A stretch of DNA of 64,000 nucleotides, from the NCBI GenBank assembly GCA_003163875.1, contig PLRK01000100.1, positions 10,739 to 74,738 of the forward strand. Reading direction: 5' to 3'. The notes beneath the pieces are model-generated. The model was not told where the DNA came from. It made no database searches and saw nothing but the letters and a program-made list of their open reading frames with translations. Below, piece by piece: positions 37,949 through 46,882 of this stretch. Position 1 is the stretch's first letter, and every line of letters starts with the position of its first letter. Source of the DNA: Acidimicrobiaceae bacterium (GTDB taxonomy: Bacteria; Actinomycetota; Acidimicrobiia; Acidimicrobiales; RAAP-2). The translations under genes and the position numbers were made by a program.

Positions 37949-38934
37949 TGGCGACGACCACCATGACAATGGCGAAAGCCTTGAACGAAGGGCTTCGTCG
38001 AGCCATGGAGCGCGACAAGAAGGTGCTCTTGATGGGTGAGGATATTGGCAAACTCGGAGGCGTCTTTCGAATCACCGATGGTCTTCAGAAGGATTTCGGC
38101 GAGGACCGCGTCATCGATTCACCACTGGCTGAGTCAGCCATCGTTGGTACCGCGGTGGGTCTCGCCATTCGGGGTTATCGCACCGTCTGTGAAATGCAGT
38201 TCGACGGTTTCGTGTATCCCGCATTTGACCAGATCGTCTCGCAGGTCGCGAAGTTACACAAGCGCTCCGACGGCGCCTACACGATGGGGCTCGTCATTCG
38301 ACTCCCCTTTCAAGGTGGCATAGGAGCAATCGAGCACCACTCGGAGAGCCCGGAAGCGTATTTCGCCCACACTGCAGGTCTTCGCGTCGTCTCATGTTCG
38401 ACACCCAACGACGCGTATTGGATGATTCAACAGGCAATCGAACACGATGATCCAATCATCTTTTGTGAGCCCAAGAGTCGCTACTGGGAAAAGGGCGAGG
38501 TGGATCTCGAAGGGCCTTCGCACGAACTCTTCGAGTCCGCCCGGCGACGCGAGGGCACTGACGTGACGGTGATTGGTTACGGGGCGAGCATGAAGACAAT
38601 CATGCGTGCAGCGGACACCGCTGCGAGTGAAGGCGTGTCGCTCGAGGTCATCGATGCGCGCTCGCTTTCTCCGCTCGATCTCGAACCGATGATCGCGTCG
38701 ATTGAGAAGACCGGGCGATTCGTCACGGTTCAAGAAGCACCCCATACGGCTTCCATTGGATCAGAGCTCGTCGCTGAACTCACGCAACGTTGCTTTTATT
38801 CACTTCGGGCGCCGGGGATTCGTGTGAGTGGTTATCACGTTCCCTACCCGCCAACTCGGCTGGAAGAAGACTATCGACCGAGCGTCGATCGAATTCTTGA
38901 CGGCGTTGATCGAGTGATGGGATTTGAAAGTTGA
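37948..38934 (+). CDS. pdhB: 2-oxoacid dehydrogenase E1 beta subunit
   Basis: GEDIGKLGGVFR, DSPLAESAI, EHHSESPE. Confidence 0.9.
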   Translation: MATTTMTMAKALNEGLRRAMERDKKVLLMGEDIGKLGGVFRITDGLQKDFGEDRVIDSPLAESAIVGTAVGLAIRGYRTVCEMQFDGFVYPAFDQIVSQVAKLHKRSDGAYTMGLVIRLPFQGGIGAIEHHSESPEAYFAHTAGLRVVSCSTPNDAYWMIQQAIEHDDPIIFCEPKSRYWEKGEVDLEGPSHELFESARRREGTDVTVIGYGASMKTIMRAADTAASEGVSLEVIDARSLSPLDLEPMIASIEKTGRFVTVQEAPHTASIGSELVAELTQRCFYSLRAPGIRVSGYHVPYPPTRLEEDYRPSVDRILDGVDRVMGFES

Positions 38935-40328
38935 GCCAAGAAGTATTTCTGCTGCCCGACGTCGGTGAGGGACTTGTCGAGGCGGAGATCGTCACGTGGA
39001 AGGTCGAGGTGGGCGACGTCGTCACACTCAATCAGCCTCTAGTTGATATCGAGACGGCCAAGGCAACCGTGGAGTTACCAAGTCCCTACGCGGGCGTCGT
39101 CGCGAAACTGCACGGCAACGTCGGTGACGTCATGCACGTGCATGAGCCACTTATAACCTTTGAGGTTGCGAACGGCGCAGATGGCGTCTCGCTCGCGGTG
39201 ACCAGCGATAATTCGCCTGAAGCGTCACGAAGCGAGGCGCCGGCGGGCGAAGGGCGTGAAGCCGTCCTCGTGGGTTACGGCGTCGCCAACGAAGACGGCC
39301 TCGTCACCAGAACACATCGTCGTCGCGGCGCGCCGTCGCCGGTGTTGACGGCGACGAGCGCTGTTGGCGCGCCCGTGGAAACATCGACGATGCCGCCGAC
39401 TCCTCGCAGCACTCCACCCGTACGCCTGTACGCCAAACAACATGGTGTGAATCTTGAGACGCTCAGCGGTTCGGGCAGAGACGGACTAATAACTCGAGGC
39501 GACGTCGAGCGCGCGCTGCACGACGCTGCAGTGCCGGACACGCTGCGAACGATCAGTGAGGTGCCGAATGGCCCTGCGGGAACCTCGCGTTTCGTGGGTC
39601 GCGAGATTGAATCGTGGTCCAACGGACCCTCCGTCGAACGAATCCCCGTGAAAGGCGTTCTGCGTTCCATGTCTGAGGCGATGGTGCAAAGCGCCTTCAG
39701 CGCGCCCCACGCCGTGGTGTGGGTGCGCGTCGACGCCAGCGCCACCATGGAATTGGTCGCGGGATTGAAGAAGCATCCGAACATGGAAGGGATGCGATTG
39801 TCGCCCCTCGTCATCGTTGCCCTTGCCCTTTGTGACGCGGCTCGGAATTTTCCTGGCATCAACTCGAGCTTCGACGCAACGGCGGGAGAAGTGATTGTTC
39901 GACGAAGCGTCAATCTGGGTATAGCGGCAGACACCCCGCGCGGTCTCATCGTGCCCAACATCAAGAATGCCGATACGTTGAACGTGATCGACATGGCCAA
40001 GGCGCTGAACGTCCTCGTCGAAAAGGCTCGTCAAGGCACGACGACGCCCAATGAGATGATTGGCACGACACTCACGATCACCAACGTCGGTCCGTTTGGT
40101 GTCGACGCGGCGATGCCTATTCTTCCTCCGGGAACCGGCGCAATACTTGCTGTGGGAAAGGTCGCGAAGGCGCCGTGGGTGATTGATGATCAGATTGTCG
40201 TTCGCCACGTTGTCGAGCTCGCTCTGGCGTTCGATCATCGTCAGATAGACGGAGCACTGGCGTCACGAGTGCTCGCGCACGTGGGAAATTTTCTCAATAA
40301 CCCCGCCGTCGCCTTGCTCGCGGGCTAA
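38931..40328 (+). CDS. pdhC: Dihydrolipoamide acyltransferase E2
   Basis: Lipoyl domain IETAKA, E3-binding GSGRDGLITRGDV, catalytic FDHRQIDG. Confidence 0.9.
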   Translation: MSQEVFLLPDVGEGLVEAEIVTWKVEVGDVVTLNQPLVDIETAKATVELPSPYAGVVAKLHGNVGDVMHVHEPLITFEVANGADGVSLAVTSDNSPEASRSEAPAGEGREAVLVGYGVANEDGLVTRTHRRRGAPSPVLTATSAVGAPVETSTMPPTPRSTPPVRLYAKQHGVNLETLSGSGRDGLITRGDVERALHDAAVPDTLRTISEVPNGPAGTSRFVGREIESWSNGPSVERIPVKGVLRSMSEAMVQSAFSAPHAVVWVRVDASATMELVAGLKKHPNMEGMRLSPLVIVALALCDAARNFPGINSSFDATAGEVIVRRSVNLGIAADTPRGLIVPNIKNADTLNVIDMAKALNVLVEKARQGTTTPNEMIGTTLTITNVGPFGVDAAMPILPPGTGAILAVGKVAKAPWVIDDQIVVRHVVELALAFDHRQIDGALASRVLAHVGNFLNNPAVALLAG

Positions 40329-40780
40329 CTCGCGATACCCGCCAAGGCGACGAGTGCGCGCTCGGCGTGCACGTTCATGTTCATCTCACTCGTGATCACG
40401 TCGATGACGCGGCGATCTTGACTAATGACGAAGGTGGTGCGCTTCACTTTGAGGAAGTCGAATGGTCGCTTCACTCCAAAGGATTTCGCGACCTCTCCTT
40501 TGACGTCGGCGAGCAGGGGATAGTCAAGCGAATTCTTCGCTGTGAACTGCGCTTGCTTATCGACGCTGTCCATGGAGATACCAATGCGCTGTGCGCCGCT
40601 CGCAGCGAACTCCGTACCGAGATCTCGAAAATGACACGACTCCTTGGTGCACCCGCTGGTCATGGCGGCGGGATAGAAGAAAAGCACCACGGGGCCCTTT
40701 TCCAAGAATGAATAGAGAGACTGCTCCTTGCCCTGTTGATCAAGAAGAGTGAAGTTTGGAACGAGGTCGCCTTTTTGCAT
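40325..40780 (-). CDS. Peroxiredoxin, Bcp/PrxQ type
   Basis: FFYPAAMTSGCTKESCHFRD (CxxxxC); TAGTCT -10 element 6 nt before ATG. Confidence 0.92.
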   Translation of the reverse strand: MQKGDLVPNFTLLDQQGKEQSLYSFLEKGPVVLFFYPAAMTSGCTKESCHFRDLGTEFAASGAQRIGISMDSVDKQAQFTAKNSLDYPLLADVKGEVAKSFGVKRPFDFLKVKRTTFVISQDRRVIDVITSEMNMNVHAERALVALAGIAS

Positions 40781-40789
40781 ACGTCAAGA

Positions 40790-41485
40790 CTAGGGGTCCA
40801 GACGAAAACCTACGCCTCGAATAGTGATGAGGTGACGGGGGTTGGACGGATCGTCTTCAATTTTCTGTCGCAAACGCTTGACGTGTGTGTCGAGCGTCCT
40901 CGTGTCGGAAAGTTCCAAGCCCCACCAGAGGGTATCGAGACAGACCTCTCGGGTCACGACTTGGCCAAGGCGCGTCGCGAAGAGTGCCAGAAGATCGAAC
41001 TCCTTGCGACTGAGCTCGATTTCAATGCCACGTCTGGTGACGGTCCGACGAACGAAGTCGATCCGCAGATCCGCGAAAGTGATGATCTCTTCCTCATTCA
41101 CCAACAGAGGACGGCGCAGGACCGCTCGCATTCGAGCGACCAGTTCGCGAAGACGATAGGGCTTTGTCACATAGTCCGCCGCTCCGATCTCGAGGCCGAG
41201 CACGACGTCAACCTCACTCGTGCGTGCCGAAACCATGATGACGGGCACTCTCGTCGTGTCGTAAATCTCGCGGCAGTAGTCAATTCCCGAGCCGTCGGGC
41301 AGCATGACGTCGAGCAATACCAAGTCTGGTTTTGTGGTGCTCATGAGTTCACGCGCTTGATTGATGGTGCTCGCTGCCATCACGACGAATCCCTCGACCG
41401 TGAGGCCAATGTTGAGGGCGTCCTGATAACTCTCCTCGTCCTCGACGACCATCACGACGCTTCGACCCTCGGGATCGACCATCAT
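40790..41485 (-). CDS. OmpR/PhoB-family response regulator, RegX3-like
   Basis: VVEDE, LLDVMLP, KPY, ELSRKEFDLL, TLDTHVKRLRQKIE..PSNPRHLITIRGVG; real start ATG 41485. Confidence 0.92.
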   Translation of the reverse strand: MMVDPEGRSVVMVVEDEESYQDALNIGLTVEGFVVMAASTINQARELMSTTKPDLVLLDVMLPDGSGIDYCREIYDTTRVPVIMVSARTSEVDVVLGLEIGAADYVTKPYRLRELVARMRAVLRRPLLVNEEEIITFADLRIDFVRRTVTRRGIEIELSRKEFDLLALFATRLGQVVTREVCLDTLWWGLELSDTRTLDTHVKRLRQKIEDDPSNPRHLITIRGVGFRLDP

Positions 41486-41678
41486 GTTCAATCCCCTGAC
41501 ATACGAAGCGCTCCGGGCATACTGGTCACGGGCGTACGCATCAGTTGGCGTTCCATGAAACAAACGTATGGAGGCAGGGTTACCGCAAAGTGAAAGGCGT
41601 GCTATCGAAAGGTGGTTATTACATGAAACCTTGCGCGGACATCCCAAGGTCTCCTGCACTTCTCGAGAGACGAGTGCG

Positions 41679-43130
41679 TCAAGACGTCTCGTCGGTGAAG
41701 CCCAGGTAGTTGTCCGAAGACGTCTCGTAACTCCCCACCGCAGTGCACGAACCGGTCGGTTGGCACTCGACCGCGTACACGCCGCCCGCCGTGCCGACGG
41801 TCGTGGCGTTGGAGGGTAACGACAGCGTCGTCTCGGAGTTCCACGAATGGTTGATTTCACTGGCGACGAGTGCTTCGTATTGTCCCGACGAGTTCTCGTA
41901 CGCGGCGCCAGCGCTGCAGTCTCCCGCGCTGCTACACGTAACGCTGACGACGCCACCGTTCTTACCTGCCTGCGTCGCACCCGCGGGCAGCGTCAGTTCC
42001 GTCGCGACTTGCCACTTTCCACTGATTTCGTTGACGAGGAAACCTTGCACGTCGCCCGACCGGTCGACATATTGGCCACCCGACGTGCAGTTTCCGTTCG
42101 AGGGACACGCAATGCCTCGAAATCCGTAGAGCACCACGCGGGGGTTGGTCGCCGCCGTTGAGGGCAGTTGAACTTCGCTCGCGTGCGACCACGCGCCATT
42201 GATCTCAGTGGCGATCATTGACTCGACATCGCCACTTAAGGTGTTGTACGTTCCAATGGCGCTGCAGTTGCCCGACGACGAACACGAGACTTCACTCAGT
42301 TGAGCGCCCGCGTAACTACTCGCGTTATCCGGAGTGGCGACCGATTCACCAGCGTGCCACGTTCCAGCTACTTCGTTCACGACGAGTGCGTGGGTGATGT
42401 TATTGGCGTCGATGTAGGAGCCTGCGACGCTACAGTTGCCCGCCGAGGCGCAGGAAACTTGACTAAGTGTGGTGAAGGGGTTGTAATTGGCGCCCGCCGG
42501 CAGTCGTACTTCAATGCCACTGGACCAGTGTCCGCGCACGTCATTGATCACGAATCCTTCCTGGATGGGATTGCGGCTCGCTGTCGCGCTATAGGTGCCG
42601 ACGGCGCTGCAGTTTGCGGCCGACGCGCAGACGACTGAATGGAGATCTGAGACCTGCGTACTGCTCGATGAGTTTGCGGGCAAGGTGACTTGGGTCGCTC
42701 GCGCCCACACACCGCCGGTCTCGACGTCGACGAAACTCAGTTGATTCGATGCGGCATCGGAATACGATCCCACCGCGACGCAGTCTTCGGGCGCGCCGCA
42801 CGACACGTCGAAAAGGGTGACGCCGTCGCTGAGCACCGCGTTCGCAGGGGGATTGAGTGACGTCGGTGCTCGCCAGACGCCGTTGACTTCATTTAGCAAA
42901 AGTCCGTGCGCGTTGCCGCTGGAATCCTGATCGATCCCGGCAGCCGCGCAATATCCAGTCGTCGGACAGGAGAGCGTAGACAGGTTCCCGTTATAGAGAC
43001 CCGTTGCACCGCTGGGTAGGGTCGCGTTCCTCGCACTCTGCCACGTGGGATATCCCGCCGCGCCTGCGGGAAGGCTGAAGCCAATGGTGACCAGCAAGGC
43101 TAGAAGAACGGTTGCACGTTGGAACTTCAT
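41679..43130 (-). CDS. Secreted protein with 8 C-x5-C repeats (predicted beta-propeller)
   Basis: Signal peptide ending AGA; eight repeats of roughly 57 aa, [VI]xC-x5-C-x-AxG...E-x-x-G-x-W. Confidence 0.85.
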   Translation of the reverse strand: MKFQRATVLLALLVTIGFSLPAGAAGYPTWQSARNATLPSGATGLYNGNLSTLSCPTTGYCAAAGIDQDSSGNAHGLLLNEVNGVWRAPTSLNPPANAVLSDGVTLFDVSCGAPEDCVAVGSYSDAASNQLSFVDVETGGVWARATQVTLPANSSSSTQVSDLHSVVCASAANCSAVGTYSATASRNPIQEGFVINDVRGHWSSGIEVRLPAGANYNPFTTLSQVSCASAGNCSVAGSYIDANNITHALVVNEVAGTWHAGESVATPDNASSYAGAQLSEVSCSSSGNCSAIGTYNTLSGDVESMIATEINGAWSHASEVQLPSTAATNPRVVLYGFRGIACPSNGNCTSGGQYVDRSGDVQGFLVNEISGKWQVATELTLPAGATQAGKNGGVVSVTCSSAGDCSAGAAYENSSGQYEALVASEINHSWNSETTLSLPSNATTVGTAGGVYAVECQPTGSCTAVGSYETSSDNYLGFTDETS

Positions 43131-43327
43131 GGACTCCCCGGTATCGCTTTCTTGGTTGACACTGGCATCTCGACGCAGAACACCTTCACGAGAACGCGAC
43201 TGTCACTTCAGTATAAGTAGGGCGCAAATGGACGTAGTGAGCGCAGCGGGCGACTTGTGCGCCATTTACAAAATTCTTACGAGCGATGGTTATTGCGAAC
43301 ACTCCGTAACGCAGGGAACCTCAAAGT

Positions 43328-44017
43328 TCAAGGTTTCTCTTCTGGTGCTGTTGTTGGTGTCGAACTGGTCGCATCGTTGGTTGCAGGATGTTTCGGATCG
43401 GCTTGACCAATGCCCGACGCGAGAAGGACTGAGTTTGGAACCTTCAAGATGCCGTCTTCCGTTCGAACGGTCACGTACGTGAGACCGATACCGAGTACTT
43501 CAACGTCGATCACGCCAAGGACACCCGATCGTATGCGTATGTGTTCGCCAACGACGAAAGGACGAGCGAATAAGAGCACGAGCGAAGCGAAGACGTTGGC
43601 GAGACTCTGTTGGGCGGCGATACCGATCACGACGCCCGCGACGCCCGCGCCAATAAGAAGGTGTGACACTGAAACGCCGAGGACACCGAACAGCGCGAAG
43701 AGCAGGATGACGTAACTGGCGCCAGTCGTCACGAGGCGCACGATTGCTCCGGCACCCACGTAGGAGCGATGCGTGATCAACCGTCCAAGATCCAAGGTGA
43801 TTCGCCGTATCGCGATGGTGCCCGTGACGAGCAGCAGAATTGCGCACACCCACGCAAGAATGACGAGATGTGTTGTGCTGCTATGGATTCGCCCCAACGT
43901 TGTTCCTACGACGACCAGGGCGATGCTGAACCCGAGGGCGATGAGTCCGATAGTGACGTCGCGTGCGCGAAGCGGCGCATTGAGATCGAGTCCTCGTCGT
44001 ACCATGTGTGCCAACAC
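43328..44017 (-). CDS. Small-conductance mechanosensitive channel (MscS) family protein
   Basis: GAGVAGVVIGIAAQQSLANVFA...RPFVVGEHI...IGLTYV...VPNS. Start may be ATG 44005. Confidence 0.88.
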   Translation of the reverse strand: MLAHMVRRGLDLNAPLRARDVTIGLIALGFSIALVVVGTTLGRIHSSTTHLVILAWVCAILLLVTGTIAIRRITLDLGRLITHRSYVGAGAIVRLVTTGASYVILLFALFGVLGVSVSHLLIGAGVAGVVIGIAAQQSLANVFASLVLLFARPFVVGEHIRIRSGVLGVIDVEVLGIGLTYVTVRTEDGILKVPNSVLLASGIGQADPKHPATNDATSSTPTTAPEEKP

Positions 44018-44058
44018 TAATCATCGACATTGTGCGCATTCGCGCCGACGCCCAAGGC

Positions 44059-45711
44059 CTAACTTCCGGGGCCGTCGTGGGCCGCGTCACACGATCTGGG
44101 GTCGTAGGGCTCGAGAGCTTGGTTCGTCGGGGTGGGAGCAGAAAAGACGCTGGTCGCGCCGATCGTGGTCGTTGTTGTTGTTGATGTCTTCGTTTTCTTT
44201 GGGCCAGTGGCTTTCGTCGTCGGCGCCACGACGCTGAGATTGTCACCGGTCTGGACGGTGACGAGAGCTCCGGGGGTCACCTCGCTCGGGTCGTAGCCGA
44301 GTATCGCCGGACCGCGTAAATCATCGAGGACCTCCTCAGCGGCTGCGAGACTGGGGCTATTCCAGTTGGCGTTCGCGGGGGGTTTCGAACCGCCGTACCA
44401 CACGATGGTTTCGTCAACCGGTCCATCTGGAGTGCGCGTACCCATCGATTGAATCTTGAAACCCTTCTTGGTGAGTGCGTTCGCAATCGTCGCTGCTTGG
44501 CCATTGATGTTCGATCCATTTTCGACGCTCACGCTAAAACTCTTCGTGCTGGGAAGCGCACGGTAGTTGAAGGAGTTCTCCCCCTTGGAAACCTGAAAGA
44601 TCGTGTCCAGCGTCGCTTGGCCTGTGGGTTGGATCGGAAACTCTATGTCGCCGTAGTAATAGCCCTGGTAGAGATAGCTTCCCGTCTCCACCTCGACGAC
44701 GGGGTACGTCAACTGGGGGACCGTGTTGATGTTGGTCGAGGCGAAGTCTCGCGCCAAACTAATCATGTGTCCCTCGGAGAAGTTCTGGTCCACCTGCAAG
44801 GAGCCAATGACTGACGAGACAATCGATTGATCCGTGAAGGGGTCACCTAGCCCTCGGGCAGCGACTTTTGCCGCGAGTACACGAAGAAACTCGTGTGTAC
44901 GTCGGATTCTGGCGATGTCACTCTGGCCTTCCTGGGGCCACGTGTGAAAATCGTGATTGGTTGGCGTTGGCTGAATTTGCAGGTGGCGGGCTCGAACGAC
45001 TTGCAGCGCGTGATAGCCGTCCAACAAGCGGCAACCGGGATGGGGAATGTTGAGGCCAGATTCCGCGTCAAAGATTGGGACAGGAAAGTACATATAGACA
45101 CCGCCGAGGGCGTCCACCACGCTTGCGAACGTGTCGAAGTTGAGTTCGACGTAATGGTTGATCGGAATGGCGAAGTCCTCTTCGATGGCCGTCGCGAGTT
45201 GACTCGGGCCCTCGTAGAGCGCGGCGTCGATTTTGTTCGCCCCATCGATACGTGCATTTGGAATGAACAGGTCGCGCGGAATCGAAAGTAGTCCCAGTTG
45301 TCGCGTTGCCGGATTCACGTGCACGATCATCACGATGTCGCTGTTGATGCCATTCACGCCGTCCTGGCATAGTCCGTAGGCCTTGTTCTGCACCTTGAGA
45401 GCACATCTATTCGTCGAACCCACAAGCAAGATGTTCTCGGGTCCGTTCGCGGTTTGTAGTGAGTTCACGTGCGTGCGGTGAATCTTGGAACCGAGGTAGA
45501 AGTAGTCGGCGACGACTCCGAGTATGAGGACGACGACGATTCCTACGATCGAAAGTGCTATCAGCCGTCCCCAGCGAACTCGACGACGCTTGACCGGTCG
45601 GCGCGATCCACGAACGCCATTACCTTCAGCTCGTCGCTCAATCGCAGCGCCCAACGCCTCAAGGCGATCCCCGTTAGGAAGCCGATTGTCGTTGGGGTTC
45701 TTTGTTGCCAC
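44059..45711 (-). CDS. LytR-CpsA-Psr (LCP) family protein with C-terminal LytR_C domain
   Basis: N-terminal TM, LSIPRDL, NKIDAA, INHYVELNF..F..VVDALGGV, ALQVVRAR, SDIARIRR, VENGSNING. Confidence 0.92.
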   Translation of the reverse strand: MATKNPNDNRLPNGDRLEALGAAIERRAEGNGVRGSRRPVKRRRVRWGRLIALSIVGIVVVLILGVVADYFYLGSKIHRTHVNSLQTANGPENILLVGSTNRCALKVQNKAYGLCQDGVNGINSDIVMIVHVNPATRQLGLLSIPRDLFIPNARIDGANKIDAALYEGPSQLATAIEEDFAIPINHYVELNFDTFASVVDALGGVYMYFPVPIFDAESGLNIPHPGCRLLDGYHALQVVRARHLQIQPTPTNHDFHTWPQEGQSDIARIRRTHEFLRVLAAKVAARGLGDPFTDQSIVSSVIGSLQVDQNFSEGHMISLARDFASTNINTVPQLTYPVVEVETGSYLYQGYYYGDIEFPIQPTGQATLDTIFQVSKGENSFNYRALPSTKSFSVSVENGSNINGQAATIANALTKKGFKIQSMGTRTPDGPVDETIVWYGGSKPPANANWNSPSLAAAEEVLDDLRGPAILGYDPSEVTPGALVTVQTGDNLSVVAPTTKATGPKKTKTSTTTTTTIGATSVFSAPTPTNQALEPYDPRSCDAAHDGPGS

Positions 45712-45938
45712 GCTGCTTCTCCTTGAAGACTTTCAATCACTCTGCGACTGGAAGTCGGGCGCGACGAATCCTGAGACAGTCGCGCCGGTTCGACCAACAA
45801 GTTTAGATGAAAGGTCGAACTAGTCCGTTTCATCGTGTTTTGGCCGTATCCTGAGCGAAATTACGAGCGACCAACGATGAGTTCGAACCGGGAGGGCGGT
45901 GTCGACTTACACTACAAACAGCAAACGCTGGAGGAACG

Positions 45939-46376
45939 ATGCCAAAGAGAAGCGCACACACGAGTTGGATCGGCGGATTACAGGACGGATCGGGACGCGT
46001 GACGTTAACGAGTAGCGGGGTGGGATCGTACGATGTTTCGTTCCCGAAACGAGCGGCAGATGACGCTGACGGCACGACGAGTCCAGAGGAATTGATTGCC
46101 GCGGCGCACGCTTCGTGTTACGCAATGCAACTCTCGGCGTTCATCGCGCGAGCGGACGCGACGCCGAAGGGTCTTGAGGTCGACGCCACGGTGACGCTGG
46201 AACCAGACCCTGCTGGTGGATTTCGAATATCAACGATCGCACTTCTCGTTCGTGGCGACGTCGAAGGACTCGATGATGAAGGATTCAAGAAGGTCGCCAA
46301 TGATGCCAAGGCTCAATGTCCAGTGAGCAAGGCCCTTACGGGAACGACCATCACCTTGGACGCCGCGCTCGCCTAA
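45939..46376 (+). CDS. OsmC/Ohr-family peroxiredoxin
   Basis: TSPEELIAAAHASCYAM and CPVSKAL; GGAGG SD. Confidence 0.93.
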   Translation: MPKRSAHTSWIGGLQDGSGRVTLTSSGVGSYDVSFPKRAADDADGTTSPEELIAAAHASCYAMQLSAFIARADATPKGLEVDATVTLEPDPAGGFRISTIALLVRGDVEGLDDEGFKKVANDAKAQCPVSKALTGTTITLDAALA

Positions 46377-46410
46377 CTGCAACTGCAGCGTTGGCGGAGA
46401 TACTGAAGAG

Positions 46411-46443
46411 GATTTTCGCGCGCGACACTCGTACGCGAAAATC
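46411..46443. terminator. Hairpin between convergent osmC and SHOCT genes
   Basis: GATTTTCGCG/CGCGAAAATC 10-bp stem; no U-tract follows, so the terminator role is uncertain. Confidence 0.4.
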
Positions 46444-46742
46444 TACGAGTTATCGCGCAGTAGGTCTCGCTTCAACTTGAATTCGTCTGCGTCGATTTCA
46501 CCACGAGCAAAGCGTTCTTCGAGGATTCGTTGCGCGTCGAGGTTGACTGGTGGGCGTCCGGTGCGATTGAAGCCTTGCGGCCCGGGTCCGTGGTGTACGT
46601 GATTGTGTCGATGCGTAAAATTGCCGATGACCCACATCACGGCAAGTACGAGAAGCACCAGGAACAGAATCATGACTATGGCACCCCCGGCTCCAAAGCC
46701 CGGATGGCCGCCAAAGCCTGGATGTTGAAATCTGAATGGCAT
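46443..46742 (-). CDS. SHOCT-domain small membrane protein
   Basis: One TM helix, His-rich linker, C-terminal ILEERFARGEIDADEF. Confidence 0.85.
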   Translation of the reverse strand: MPFRFQHPGFGGHPGFGAGGAIVMILFLVLLVLAVMWVIGNFTHRHNHVHHGPGPQGFNRTGRPPVNLDAQRILEERFARGEIDADEFKLKRDLLRDNS

Positions 46743-46882
46743 TTCGAGCCTCACTTTCGTCTACTTCAGTTCTAGACGGCGAAGCGGGAAACCAGAGCGC
46801 CCGGAGATAACAATTGACTAATAGTTGTTGCTCGGAGACGGATGCGGCGAGTGTGTTTCGCCATTTTCAATACTTTCCATCG

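Noticed and set aside
23730-41593. Long antisense ORFs (23730-24611, 29091-29951, 29921-30853, 34270-35079, 39275-40238, 40736-41593)
   Set aside because: They lie opposite or within well-supported genes, lack motifs, and are expected from high-GC codon usage.
43135-43325. Possible riboswitch upstream of the 8-repeat gene
   Set aside because: Only a weak interrupted stem (AAATGG/CCATTT); no c-di-AMP or other consensus seen.
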